Assembly: GCF_006345805.1 (NCBI RefSeq) | Contig: NC_043006.1 | Coordinates: forward strand, 49,352,001-49,416,000 | From: Octopus sinensis | Taxonomy: Eukaryota | Direction of reading: 5' to 3' | Length of the DNA: 64,000 nt | In this document: one piece after another, positions 1-12,505 of the stretch | Layout: the number at the start of each line of letters is the position of its first letter | How positions within the stretch are numbered: position 1 is the first letter of the stretch | Translations under genes and position numbers: made by a program | Notes under the pieces: generated by a model | The model's input: the letters and a program-made list of their open reading frames with translations, nothing else | The model's database searches: none | What the model was told of the DNA's origin: nothing

Positions 1-53
1 TTCAATAGCTTAAGTACATTTAACTTTGTTACCTTGTAGAAATGTAATACACT

Positions 54-455
54 AGGCGCAGGAGTGGATGTGTGGTAAGTAGCTTGTTTACCAACCACAT
101 GGTTCCGGGTTCAGTCCCACTGCGTGGCACCTTGGGTAAGTGTCTTCTACTATAGCCTCGGGCCGACCAAAGCCTTGTGAGTGGATTTGGTAGACGGAAA
201 CTGAAAGAAGCCTGTCGTATATATGTATATATATATATATGTGTGTGTATATGTTTGTGTGTCTGTGTTTGTCCCCCTAGCATTGCTTGACAACCGATGC
301 TGGTGTGTTTATGTCCCCGTTAGTTAGCGGTTCGGCAAAAGAGACCGATAAAATAAGTACTGGGCTTACAAAAGAATAAGTCCTGGGGTCGATTTGCTCA
401 ATTAAAAGCGGTGCTCCAGCATGGCCGCAGTCAAATGACTGAAACAAGTAAAGAG
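54..455 (+). mobile_element. tRNA-derived SINE family A (head + CORE-like cttgggcaagt + internal microsatellite + 3' half); full copies also at about 17261-17641, 30155-30575, 41793-42182 (+) and 17860-18195, 54850-55208, 62101-62478 (-)
   Basis: A-box-like TGGATGTGTGG/TGGCTGTGTGG, B-box GGTTCAGTCCC; more than 15 near-identical copies or fragments. Confidence 0.9.
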
Positions 456-916
456 AGACTACTTTAAGCAGTACAACTGGTAAGTTGTACTGTTCAGATC
501 TTCATCTGTATAACTTTGCCATTGAATGGTTTAATCTGTTCCAAGAGGAATATGGTTTTCAACTCTTTGATGCCATGAAAGCTGGGTTTAAGTTTTAGCG
601 CATATGTTGGGTGAATTTCAGAAATCGACTTTGTAACTAAGAATTTGTAATAAAACATCCTGACCAATAACCACAGATGTACTCCTGATCATGCTATGTG
701 ATTCCTTGTCTATAGATCTAGCAAATACAGTTATACTTTGTTGAAAAGGTCTAAGTTTGAAATAGGCATGGAATTATCACCATGCTTGCCAAAGATCATA
801 TTAACCTTGTAGCATTTAAACTGACCATATCCGTTCCAAATATTCTACCTGTTTTGGGTTCAAATTGCCCAGATCTGGCCTCTCACACCAACTCTTACAA
901 TGTCATTCTAAAAATA

Positions 917-1150
917 TATTTCTTTATTGCCCACAAGGGGCTAAACACAGAGGGGACAAACAAGGACAGACAAAGGGATTAAGTCGATTACATCGACCCC
1001 AGTGCGTAACTGGTACTTTATTTATCGACCTCGAAAGGATGAAAGGCAAAGTCGACCTCGGCGGAATTTGAACTCGGAACGTAATGACAGACGAAATACG
1101 GCTACGCATTTCGCCCGGCGTGCTAATGTTTCTGCCAGCTCGCCGCCTTG
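917..1150 (-). mobile_element. tRNA-derived SINE family B (aaggcggcgagctggcag head; gcctttcatcctttcggggtcgataaa central domain); copies at about 24490-24700, 32265-32490, 34940-35090, 42927-43137, 61360-61790, 63200-63920
   Basis: B-box GAGTTCAAATTCC; many dispersed copies. Confidence 0.88.
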
Positions 1151-2592
1151 TCATTCTAAAAATAAACCATCACATCATCAAAATCTTGAAGCTACAAGAT
1201 AGTGCTTGCTTAATTAAAAGCAAATTGAGTACATAAGCATTACATCTAACAGAATAATCCGAATACTGAAGGGTTAAATTTATATTAGCCCTTCAGCAAT
1301 TACTTTTATCTTCTCACTGTATGTATAATTGTAGTATTAATTAATCAAATAATTAAAATGCCAGAGTTATCTCCTCTTCGTTTTGACACCTTTCATAAAC
1401 ATTACTGACTGAGTCTGTATCCCTTGACTTCTTATTATCAGTAAGGATAATTTATTGAACTGTTTTTGTTGCCCATTACACTTTGTTAGTACTCATTCAG
1501 CTATTCATGTTTTTATAGCTCATTTCAGCTATGAGACTGCGGCCATACTGGGGCACTACCACCTTTGAAAGTTTAGTTAACCATATCGCCCCCACTATTT
1601 ATTTCAGGTTCATACCTATTTTTATCTATCTTTTTTGTCGAACCACTAAGTTATTAGACATAAAGGGACTTGACATATACAACACTGTATTTTGGTGTAA
1701 GCATAAATAGAAGCTTGGCTAGAAAATACACATACACACACATATACAGAGTGAATTGGAAGTACCATTAGAACATTGGATGTAATGCTTTGCAGTGTTT
1801 GTTCTACTGAATTCTGAGTTCAAATCGTGATAAAGTAGGGAGTCTGAATGTTTGCATGGAAAAACACTGTGCAAACTTGTTCTATAATTGTATTTTCAGA
1901 GGTATGAAATTGATATAGCTTGCATTTAAATCCTTTGTATATCAGATGATATTTATTTTTCACTGGATGGAGTAATTTTTTTGTTATCCCATCAATACAG
2001 AACAGTGCAGTTTATATATATATTTTGAGTGTTAGTCCTCACTCAGGTGAGGTGGTTGAGTTCCTTTTGAGTGTTGGGCCTCACGGAGGCAATGACCAAG
2101 ACCTTTGGCATTATGTTGTGCTTGAGAAGAAGACCCACCAAGCTGAGCAAAATCGCTGTCATGGCAGATACTGGTGTTATGCAAATGGCACATAAGACAT
2201 CCATTACACTCTCAGAGTGGTTGGCATTAGGAAAACCATGCCAAATCAGACTGGACCCTAGCTCAGCCTTCCAGCATGCCAGCCCAGTCAAACCATCCAA
2301 CTCATGCCAGCATTGAACAACAGATGTTAAATGATGATGATGCTGATGTACATGATAGGCTTCAACATAAGTCTTCAGTCTGTCAAATTCCACTCACATA
2401 GAATGGTTAAAACTGAGACTATAGTAGATGTTGGGTAGTAGTATTGAACCCAGAGCCAGGTGTTTGTGAATCAAATTTCTTAACCACATTACTATGACTG
2501 TGATTTTGTATATTTTGAATGACTAAAAATGAATGCATTTTTGATTATCTTGTCAATATTTTCATGTGATTTAATTTAATTTAATGATACAG

Positions 2593-2722
2593 GACCATCG
2601 TCAAGACAATATACAAAAGACGGCCAGTAAGATTGCTGAAGAAGCTCACCAATTGGCCTTTGATCCTGACTATCTTTCACCTTTTGCTCTTACAGCCATA
2701 GATGCTGGTATAGAAATTCGAG
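2593..2722 (+). CDS. PPTC7: PPTC7 penultimate exon
   Basis: acag|GAC...CGA G|gtatg; encodes DHRQ...IEIR. Confidence 0.9.
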
Positions 2723-4625
2723 GTATGTTGTTCCCAAATTTACTCTTTTGTACCAAGTACACTTTGTTTTTAAATTTGCCTTGTATATATATGTGTGTAT
2801 GTATGTGTGTGTGTGTGTGTGTGTGTGTAGAGGTGCAATGGCCCAGTAGTTAGGGCAGTGGACTTGCGGTCGTAGGATTGCGGTTTCGATTCCCAGACCA
2901 GGTGTTGTGAGTGTTTATTAAGTGAAAACACCTAAAGCTCCACGAGGCTCTGGCAGGGAGTGGTGGTAATCCCTGCTGTACTCTTTCGCCACAACCTTCT
3001 CTCACTTTTTCTTTTGTTGGCCTGCTTGCTTAGTCAGTAGGGTGGCGTCATTTGAAGGCTAAAACAATGTGAAGCGCATTGTGACCAGCGACGTGTAGCA
3101 ACATCTGATAGCCTGGTCGGTCACGGTGATCATGGTGATATATATATATGGATTAGTTGACATTAGGAAGGGCATCCAGCTATAGAAACCATGCCAAAGC
3201 TGACGTGAGAGCACAATGCCCTCATTGGGCTCATTGGATCATGTCAGACAACCCGTGCTAGCATGGAGCATGGATGTTAAATGATGTTGAAAATGCTTTT
3301 ATCATTTTTCTATTCTTAAGTCTGAGAAGAAAAAGCAATGCTCAAAACCTTTACAATTTGTAAATAGCTCGTGTAGTATAATAGACTATTATAACTACTT
3401 AATACTTCACCTGACTCTATGGATACAAAACAATCTGTCTTAGAGTATTCATATTTAAATTAGCATCTTCTCTCATCATAATGTTAAGTAAGAATCTTCT
3501 GCTAAATTAATTTCTAAATGCCAGCTTAATACAGTAATAACTGTTATTATCATTCCTTGTAATTTGTGATTATTTTCAAAATTAACTGAACACACACAAT
3601 TTATTTAGTTAAGAATAATGGTCACAAAAACTTTAAGATATTTGAACTTAAACACAAAAATTATTTCTTCTGCGAAGAATGTAAAAGTTGCAAAACCTAG
3701 CTTCATTTTAGAGAGGAGGATTCTCACCCCCACCTTCCCACCATTAGTCATGAATGACCAGGGAATTGCACCTAGAAAGTTAGCCTCCGAGGCACAAGTC
3801 TGAGAAAGGCCGTTTATGGAAGACAAGCGGTTGCCCATGCATACCGGCCTCCCGTCTCCACACCACTGATGCTAACCAAAGAGAAGTCAAAGGCCAATAC
3901 AGCTTGGTATATACAGCAAGGCATTTTTACAGCTGAGTGCACTATTGCAACGTGAAATAAAGTCTTGCTCAAGAACACAACACACAGCCTGGTCCAGGTA
4001 TTGAACTAACTTCTTGTGATTGTGAGCCCAACACTCTAACCACTGAGCCATAGTTCATAGTAACACTAACCACTACTTGCTGAAGGGAATGTGTTTAGAT
4101 AACTTTAAATATACCACTAAATATACCACTAAATGACTGACGAAGCTTGTGAAATACGTTGACAAAAATGTGTTGGTGCCATGTAAAAAGCACCCATGCT
4201 TGGTGCCACATAAAAAAGCACCTGTGCTGGTGTCACATTAAAAGACCCAGTACATTTTGTAAAGTGGTTGGCATTAGGAAGGGCATCCAGCCATAGAAAC
4301 CATTTCAGAGTAGATGATCAGAACCTGGTGCAGCTCTCTGGCTTGCCAATTTCTGTCAAACTGTCCAACCCATGCCAGTATGGATGTTAAATGGCAGCAG
4401 TGGTGGTGGTGGTGAGACGAAAACAATATTTGATTGAACATTTAAAATAACATTTTAAAGTTATTAAATTATTTCCTTTCAGTTCAGTATGCATGTGTAA
4501 CTGAATTAAAAATCTTTTAATTAATTTTTTTCCTTTTCGCAGGTGGCAAACCTGATGACATTACAGTTGTGCTAGCACGAGTTTCAAGCCTTACAGAATC
4601 AGAAAAAGAAGCACTACAAGTATAG
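2593..4625 (+). CDS. PPTC7: Protein phosphatase PTC7 homolog (PP2C family), last two coding exons; 5' part lies upstream of or was not found in the window
   Basis: join(2593..2722,4543..4625). Translation DHRQDNIQKTASKIAEEAHQLAFDPDYLSPFALTAIDAGIEIR-G-GKPDDITVVLARVSSLTESEKEALQV*. Has the PTC7 C-terminal SPF and GGKPDDITV motifs; AG/GT sites and phase 1 are consistent. Confidence 0.93.
4543..4625 (+). CDS. PPTC7: PPTC7 last coding exon
   Basis: ttttcgcag|GT GGC AAA CCT GAT GAC...GTA TAG. Confidence 0.93.
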
Positions 4626-7600
4626 CAAAAACCGATAGGGGGGTGGTGAGTGGAAAGAGCTCAAGAAAAAAAATTATGCAGAAGGAAAAATTCAAATTTA
4701 TGGATGTGTCTGCTGCTAATGTAAGCTTGCTGGTGTAGTGATGTTACGTGGAAATCACTACAGATAACTGACTTCATCACTAACAAGCACTATATAAGTC
4801 TCCTTGGTTTGGTAATGGCTTAATAAAGGTAACTGTTACATAACTTGTCTATGTTACATATAGCAGCTTAGCTAAAGGATATATATATATATATATATGC
4901 ATATGAAACAAATTAATGCGTGACAAGCAAAGAAATAATTCAATAAATCTGAGTTTGGTAAGTGAAGCTCAGTGCTTGAGAATTCTGGATTTCTTTTAGC
5001 TATGATGGCACGGTAATCTAGACATGTTTATTTACCTCTGATAAATAACAAAGTTGCATTCTTGTAACAAGGAGAATCGTTTAACTTGTATGGACAGCAG
5101 ACTCAAAAACACAGGGCCATTCACTTGGGCAGTTTCATTTCTGGAACTGTTTCTATAACCTGGCAGCTGTGAGTTACGGTTAATTAAAAAAAAGACTGCA
5201 ATTTATTTACAGACTCTGTGATATGTGTAATTGGTTTGTAAGCTTCACCGCTTGCATTTGCTAACTCGGGTAGTGTCAAGTGTGTAACGAGAAGTAGTAA
5301 AAGTCTTGGAGAGCAGTGTTTAGCAATAGAACCTTTGTTTTAAATTCTTCTTGAGAAAAAAATATGCATTTGTTCTCTGCCTGTGATCTGAAGCTTTTGC
5401 CTGAACAAAAAAAAACAACAACAAAACAAACAACCAAGAAAAAAAGACAAAAACATTATTTAATTTATTCTTATTTTTCACCTGGAACTTTTTATTTTAT
5501 CTTATTCTTTTATCTTTTTTTTATTTCTTTTGTTTTTCCCCATACCCCCATTTATTTTAAAATTTTATTTCTCATGTTCTAATACCTTCTTTTTTTTTTA
5601 CAAATAGCTTCATCGATACCAAAGCAAATTTTGTCCTTTGGTCGGGTGTCATCTTTCATTATTCATGTTCCAATCTGGTAGTTTCATTTCTGTTAAGAAC
5701 AAAATAAAATTATGTATAGTATTTAATTTTTCTTTTTCTATTTTTTATTATTTCATTTTTAATTTCAAAGTTTTTGTGGGTTGATTTTTTTTTTCTACAT
5801 CTGAATATATTACAATAGCAACTGTAACTTTTTGGCAGGAATTTAAATTTTATTTTCTCGTTTTCATGTTTCTGTGGCGAGTATGTTGAAATTTCTCTAA
5901 TTTTTAAAATATACTGCAAAATATATTACAAATGATATGAAATTGCATTCAGTTATCCATAAAGAAATTAAATCTATATAAATATTTATACAAAAAATAT
6001 TACTCTGTAAGGAGCACAGGGCTGGGAAACTGACTTTCTGCTCCTTATGGAATAGTGTGGACTAACAAAATATTTATACAAAGGTAAGAAATCAACTCAG
6101 GTAAGACCTACAATGAAGTACTGGTCCCCCATCTGGGATGGTGCTACTGCTTTACATATAGACATCATAAACCACAGCCAACCGGAAAACAAAAAATACC
6201 TCCATCCCCAAACCCCACCTGACTGATTGGCGTGAAGTCACATACCAACAGACTTGTTGGCTGTCTCCTCTCTCTGCCTTTTCTACTGCTACTATAGTGG
6301 CCTGTGCTCTTCAGAGCTGACTGGTTTGGGCCACCTACCCTCAGGTACTTTCCATTCACTTGTTTCACCCTGTCTATGTTTTTTTCCTGCAGCAGCTGTC
6401 AACTTGTAACTATTGATGTAGAATACACAGTGTTCTGTGTTGATCTCACTGGTCTTGGAGGGCCTATAAATGCCATTGGTGAAACCCTTTCCTCCAGACC
6501 AAACCAACATCACTACAAACATGTTTATTTTACAAATAAATCTTCCTAGAATATAGATGTGCTTATTTACCAGATTTTTTTTCTTTTTTATGAACTCATC
6601 TGGAACACACAAATATGTATGTTTACAGCTCAATACATTTTTTTTTTGGTGCTTCAGAAATGTGTGAAACATATGGCAAAATATCACTCATGCACATTCT
6701 TACATATCTGTACTCAATGTATTTCATTACAAATTTAGAATATTTACTGCTGAAACCAGAACACAGATACATATATACATACACATACATAATATACGAT
6801 ATGCATATGAAAAGAGGTATAAATAATTAAATAAAAATCACTATTAAACATTAGTTTGCAGACTGAAATTGGTATGTAGAGCATGATCTCTTACTGCGCT
6901 TTTCTCCAAAAGTGTTTGATTCAATAAGTGAAAGTTGCAAATGGTTAGAATGTAGCTAACATGTCAACCCAATTATCACAATTAAAAAGCATGCAGTTAA
7001 GAAATTCCAATGAAATAAACAAATATTTTCCTTACTTTTTCCATTTCCCACCCAAAAGCATGACTTTTCATGAAATGATTCTTTTTTTTTTTTTTTTAAA
7101 TTAAAATAAAACCCACGTTACATCCAACTTGTTTACAACAAAAGGATTTTATTTTAACAATAAAGTTATTATTTATTTGATAAGAAGTCTTCCTTCATGT
7201 ATCTACATTTGATGAGGCAAACAGGTGTGGTCAAGGTGCTGAATTCCTGATACACTATTTCAATTTTTTCTTTATCTTTTAGCCAGGAAGGAATGCTGTG
7301 CCTATGACTCTTTACAGGGCCTCCAAGACTGGCAGGAGAGAGGAACATACCTTCAAACCAGAAACTTGGCCCAGATGCTTGCAGCAGAGTTTTATATATA
7401 TATGTAACTTACTTGGAAAAAAGGATGCGTGGCAGTTGATCATTTAATAATATTAATAATATATAAATATATGCATATATACATATATGTACATACCTAC
7501 ATATATATTTATATGCATATATACAGGACATCAAAAAAATGTCGAAGACAATGAGAAACGAAAACAAAGAAAAAAACAAACAGAGAAATGAGACATGCAA

Positions 7601-7636
7601 CATAAAGAATATTCCGCTTCTTCAGTTGTTTCGAGC

Positions 7637-7832
7637 AAATTATAATTAAGGGTATCTAAGAGATACCACCACGCTAGATATAGCAGCCAAAACTTGACTC
7701 TAAAATCACATTAAATGTTCAAACAGTACCATGAGAGAAGACAAAGAGACAAAATAAACTAGGTTTTAGAGTCAAGTTTTGGCTGCTATATCTAGCATGG
7801 GAGTATCTCTTAGATACCCTTAATTATAATTT
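7637..7832. repeat. 69-bp near-perfect inverted repeat with 58-bp spacer
   Basis: 7637..7705 versus 7764..7832, about 3 mismatches. Confidence 0.9.
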
Positions 7833-7900
7833 TAATAATAATTATTACCTTTGAATTTTTTATTCCCATGCTAGCTACCTGATAAGATCCTTATTTATCA

Positions 7901-9143
7901 TCATCATCATCGTTTAACATCCACTTTCCATGCTAGCATGGGTTGGACGATTTTGACTGAGGGCTGGTGAACCAGATGGCTGCACCAGGCTCCAATCTTG
8001 ATCTGGCAGAGTATCTACAGCTGGATGCCTTTCCTAATGCCAACCACTCCGAGAGTGTAGTGGGTGCTTTTTACGTGCCACTGGCATGGGGGCCAGTCAG
8101 GCGGTACTGGCAATGACCTCGCTTGAATCTTTTTACACATGCCACCAGCACAGGTGCCAGTAAGGCGACGTTGGTAACGATCACGCTCGAATGGTCCCCT
8201 TTTACATGCCACCGGCATGGAAGCCAGTTGGCTACTCTGGCAATGATCATGCTCGGATGGTGCTCTTGGCACCCTACTAGCACAGGCACAAGTGCCAGTA
8301 AGGCGATGCTGGTAACGATCACACTCGAATGGTGCCTTTTATGTGCCACTGGCATGGAAGCCGGTTAGCCGCTCTGTCAATGATCACACTCGTATGGTGC
8401 TCTTTGCACCCCACTAGCACAGATGCCAGTCATCGAATTTGATTTTGATTTCACTTGCCTCAACAGGTGTTTGCAAGCAGAGTTTAGTGTCCAAAGAAGG
8501 AAAGGCATGCATAAGCGGGCTGGTTACGCTCCTGGCATAGGCCACAGGCTGTGGTCTCATTTGGCTTGCCAGGTCTTCTCAAGTACAGTATATTTCCAAA
8601 AGTCTCGGTTGCAAGTCATTTCCTTGGTGAGGCCTAATGTTCGAAGGTTGTGCTTCACCACTTCATCCCAGGTCTTCCTGGGTCTACCTCTTCCACAGGT
8701 TCCCTCAACCGCTAGGGTGTGGCACTTTTTCACACAGCTATCCTCATCCATTCACACCACATGACCATACCAGCGGTCATCTCTCTTGCACACCACATCT
8801 GATGCTTCTTAGGTCCAACTTTTCTCTCAAGGTACTTACACTCTGTTGAGTATGCACGCTGACATTACACATCCATCGGATCATACTGGCTTCATTCCTT
8901 GTGTGCTTGCGCATGTCCTCAGCAGACACAGACCATGTTTCACTGCCATGTATCATGGCTGTTCATACACAAGCATCATACAGTTTACCTTTTACTCTGA
9001 GTGAGAGGCCCTTTGTCACCGGCAGAGGTAAGACCTCTCTGAACTTTGCCCAAGTTATTCTTATTCTAGCAGCTACACTTTCAGCGCACCCTCCTCCGCT
9101 ACTGACTTAGTCACCGAGGTAATGGAAGCTATCAGCTACTTCT
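7901..9143 (-). mobile_element. RTE LINE 3' fragment (ORF C-terminus plus 3' UTR)
   Basis: [22 protein letters not shown] homologous to 20359..21036; diverged 3' UTR array; (GAT)n tail at about 7901. Confidence 0.9.
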
Positions 9144-10226
9144 AGTTTTTAGATAAATACAAATATATATATATATATATATATAATAATGAAATTATTG
9201 TATACAGTGCTCAGGTGCACCACAACATATATAAAGATACTTTCAAGAGCTAACTCAATATATCTTAATCAATTACATAAATATCAGTATATGTAATGAA
9301 CAGAGAGTATAAAAGAAATGGATATCTTAAGCTTAATATTCAAATGCATATTTAAAAATTGCAGTACAAAAATTAAGTTTAATTAAATGTATATAAAAGA
9401 ACCCCAGATGTTTGCAAAGGTTTTTTTTTTAGAGATTTGATAAAAATTTATCACCTGTACTAATAAGGGAAGGTAACAATTACATATCTCTATCATCAGT
9501 CAGGTCTATATATCTAATACATAGTTCATATATGTGTGTGTGTAACTGTAGCAACATTTGGTGTAGGAAGTATCAGTCTTTTACAAAAAAAAAAAAGATA
9601 GCTATTCCTACCTTTATACTCATAGAATATGTTTTAATAAATTTCAAATTAAAATTAATTACCACATGTACAAGAAATAGTATGAATGTCTAGTCAAATA
9701 CACAACAGACTTTTAAACAATATTTTTATGAGGGAGTTCATATATTCTAATAATTCATTATTTTAGTTGGACATCAGGATGTATAAATATTTGTAACCTG
9801 AGTATTAAAGAAGGACTGAGTTTTCAGCGATTTTAGACTCAACAAAGTGGGTAAAAAATAATCCTATTTGCTCTAGGCACAAGGCATGAAATTTTGTGGG
9901 AAGGGACTAGTTGATTATATTGATCCTAGTGTTTAACTGCTACTTATTTTATCAACCCTGAAGAGAGAAACGTGGAGGCACGTGGCTTAATGGTTAGGGT
10001 GGCAGCATCATGATCATAACATTGTGGTTTCGATTCCTGGACTGGGCGATGCGTTGTGTTCATGAGCAAAACACTTCATTTCACGTTGTTCCAGTCCACT
10101 CAGCTGGCAAAAATGAGTAATGCTGTGATGGACTGGCGTCCCATCCAGCTGAGGAACACACATGCCATTGAAACCAGGAAACCGGGCCCATGAGCCTTGC
10201 TAGGCTTTAAAAGGGCACATTTATTA

Positions 10227-10530
10227 GTGGAGGCACAATGGCCCAGTGGTTAGGGCAGCTGACTCACGGTCGGAGGATTGTGGTTTCGATTCCCAGTCCT
10301 GGCGTTGTGTGTTTATTGAGCAAAAACACCTAAAAGCTCCACAAGGCTCCAGCAGGGGGTGGTGTCGACCCCTGTTGTACTTGTTTGCCCCAACTTTCTC
10401 TCACTCTTTCTTCCTGTTTCTTGAGTAATGCTGCGATGGACTGGCGTCCCGTCCAGCTGGGGCGGGGGGGCACATATGCCATAGAAACTGGGAAACTGGG
10501 CCCATGAGCCTGGCTAGGCTTGAAAAGGGC
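10227..10530 (+). mobile_element. tRNA-derived SINE family C; related copies at about 2829-3135, 9973-10225, 38768-39075, 40543-40670 (+), 3720-4050 (-)
   Basis: TGGCCCAGTGG A-box, GGTTTCGATTCCC B-box, shared body. Confidence 0.85.
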
Positions 10531-10995
10531 TAAAAGAAAAAAAGAATGAGAGTGAAATGCAAAGTTGACCTGTGCAGAATTTGAACTCCAACCAAAAAGA
10601 TGGATGAAATGTTGCAAAGAATTTTGTCCAGCTCACTAACAGTTCTGCCAGCTTGCAACCTTAAAGAAGCGTAAAAATAATATGGTAATACACACAAGAT
10701 TGTCTTAACAGCATTATAGGCTTCTGAGTGAAGCAATGTAGTGGGGTCGCCTTAGACCCATGAAGCCTCCCAGGCAAAGAAGATGCTTTGAGTTTATGCC
10801 ATTTTAGCTATAAATCTCATTTGGAAAATATCAACAATGAAGAAGGGAAATGAGCATTGGTGATGTATAGACAGTGAAATAGCTACAACTGGGAAGTGAA
10901 TCTAGGCTGCTGAGTTGATATCACCCACTTATATCCAAGTGATTCTTTATATCACCTTGATATCTATAGAGATTGTACTGCAAATGTCACACAAA

Positions 10996-11157
10996 ATATT
11001 AAAATACATCAAAGGAAGGTTAACCGGGATGATAGTTTTTGTATGCGGTAGATGCACAGGAGCAATAAACACCACAGATGCTCAGAAAACAGATTCCATC
11101 ACATGCCAGGGGGAGAAACTAGAAGTAGTTGATAGCTTCCACTACCTAGGTGACCAA
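10996..11157 (+). mobile_element. Short RTE internal fragment, inverted relative to 12064..12213
   Basis: KGRLTGMIVFVCGRC...[14 protein letters not shown]. Confidence 0.85.
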
Positions 11158-11167
11158 TATATATATA

Positions 11168-12505
11168 TTATCATCATCATTGTTTAACGTCAGTTTTCCA
11201 TGCTGGCATGGGTTGGATGGTTCGACTGGGGTCTGATCAAGCAGTGTTTCTACAGCTGGATACCCTTCCTAACGCCAACCACTTTGAGAGTGGAGTGGGT
11301 GCTTTTTATGTGCCACTGGCATGGAAGCCAGTCAAAGCCATGCTGGCATTGGTCATGTTCAGATGGTGCATTTTACATGCCACCGGCATGGGGATCACAA
11401 CTACAATTTCCAATTGATTTAGATGTTGATGTACTTGACTAAATAGGTCTCCTCAAGCACAGCATGTCGCCCTATGATCCAAGGTACTTTTGAATGGGCT
11501 GCTTATGCAACACTGGTGTAGGTTACTTTATTTGCTGGGTCTTCTCAGTCACAGCATATCTCCAGATGTCTTGGTCACTAGTCATTGCCTCTGTGAGGCC
11601 CAACGTTTGAAGGTCATGCTTCACCACCTCATCCCATGTCTTCCTCTACCCTGGATTCCTTCAACTGTTTGGGAGTGGCACTTCTTCACACAGCTCTCCT
11701 CATCCATCCATAGTACATGACCATACCAACACAAACGTCTCTCTTGCACGCCACAGCTGATGCTTCTTATGTCCAACATTTCTCTCAGGACACTTATACT
11801 GTCGTGTGTGCACACTGACACTACACATCCTGTGGATCATGCTAGCTTCATTTCTTTCAAGCCTACACATGTCTTTAGCAGTCACAGCCCATGTTTTACT
11901 GCTGTGAAGCATGACAGTTCACATACATGCATCATACAATCTACCTTTCACTCTGAGCGAGAGGTCCTTTGTCACCCGTAGGGGTAGAAGCTTTCTGAAC
12001 TTTGCCCAGGCTATTCTTATTCTAGTGGCAATGCTCTCTGAGCATCCACCCCCAATACAGACTTGGTTACCTAGGTAGCAGAAGCTATCAACTACTTCTA
12101 AGTTTCTCCCCCTGGCATGTGATGAAATCTGTTTTCTGAACATCTGTGGTGTTTATTGCCCCTGTGCATCTACCGCATACAAAAACTATCATCCCGGTTA
12201 ACCTTCCTTTGATGTTGCTGCACCTCTTATGTGTCCATAGCTTACACTGGGTACATCTTATAGAATTTCTACCTACACCTTTTCTACAGATTGAGCAGGG
12301 CCATCTACCTGAAGGGGTTTGTGATTTGATCACCTTCCTACTTACTAGTACTTTGGTCTTTGCAACATTGACTCTAAGGCCCTTCAATTCTAAACCTTGC
12401 TTCCACACCTGAAATTTCTTCTCTAGTTCTGGTAGTGATTCTGCTATGAGGGCCAGGTCATCAGCATAGAGGAGCCCCCAGGGGCAACCTGTCTTGAACT
12501 CATCT
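11168..12505 (-). mobile_element. RTE LINE 3' fragment (RT C-terminal half plus 3' UTR)
   Basis: LLYADDL, VNVAKTK, Cys/His finger, YGHV motifs; frameshifts; tail at about 11168. Confidence 0.9.

Noticed and set aside
2829-2900. tRNA genes (also heads at 10227, 17261, 46394)
   Set aside because: A/B boxes are present, but there is no complete cloverleaf or acceptor stem and each continues into a SINE body.
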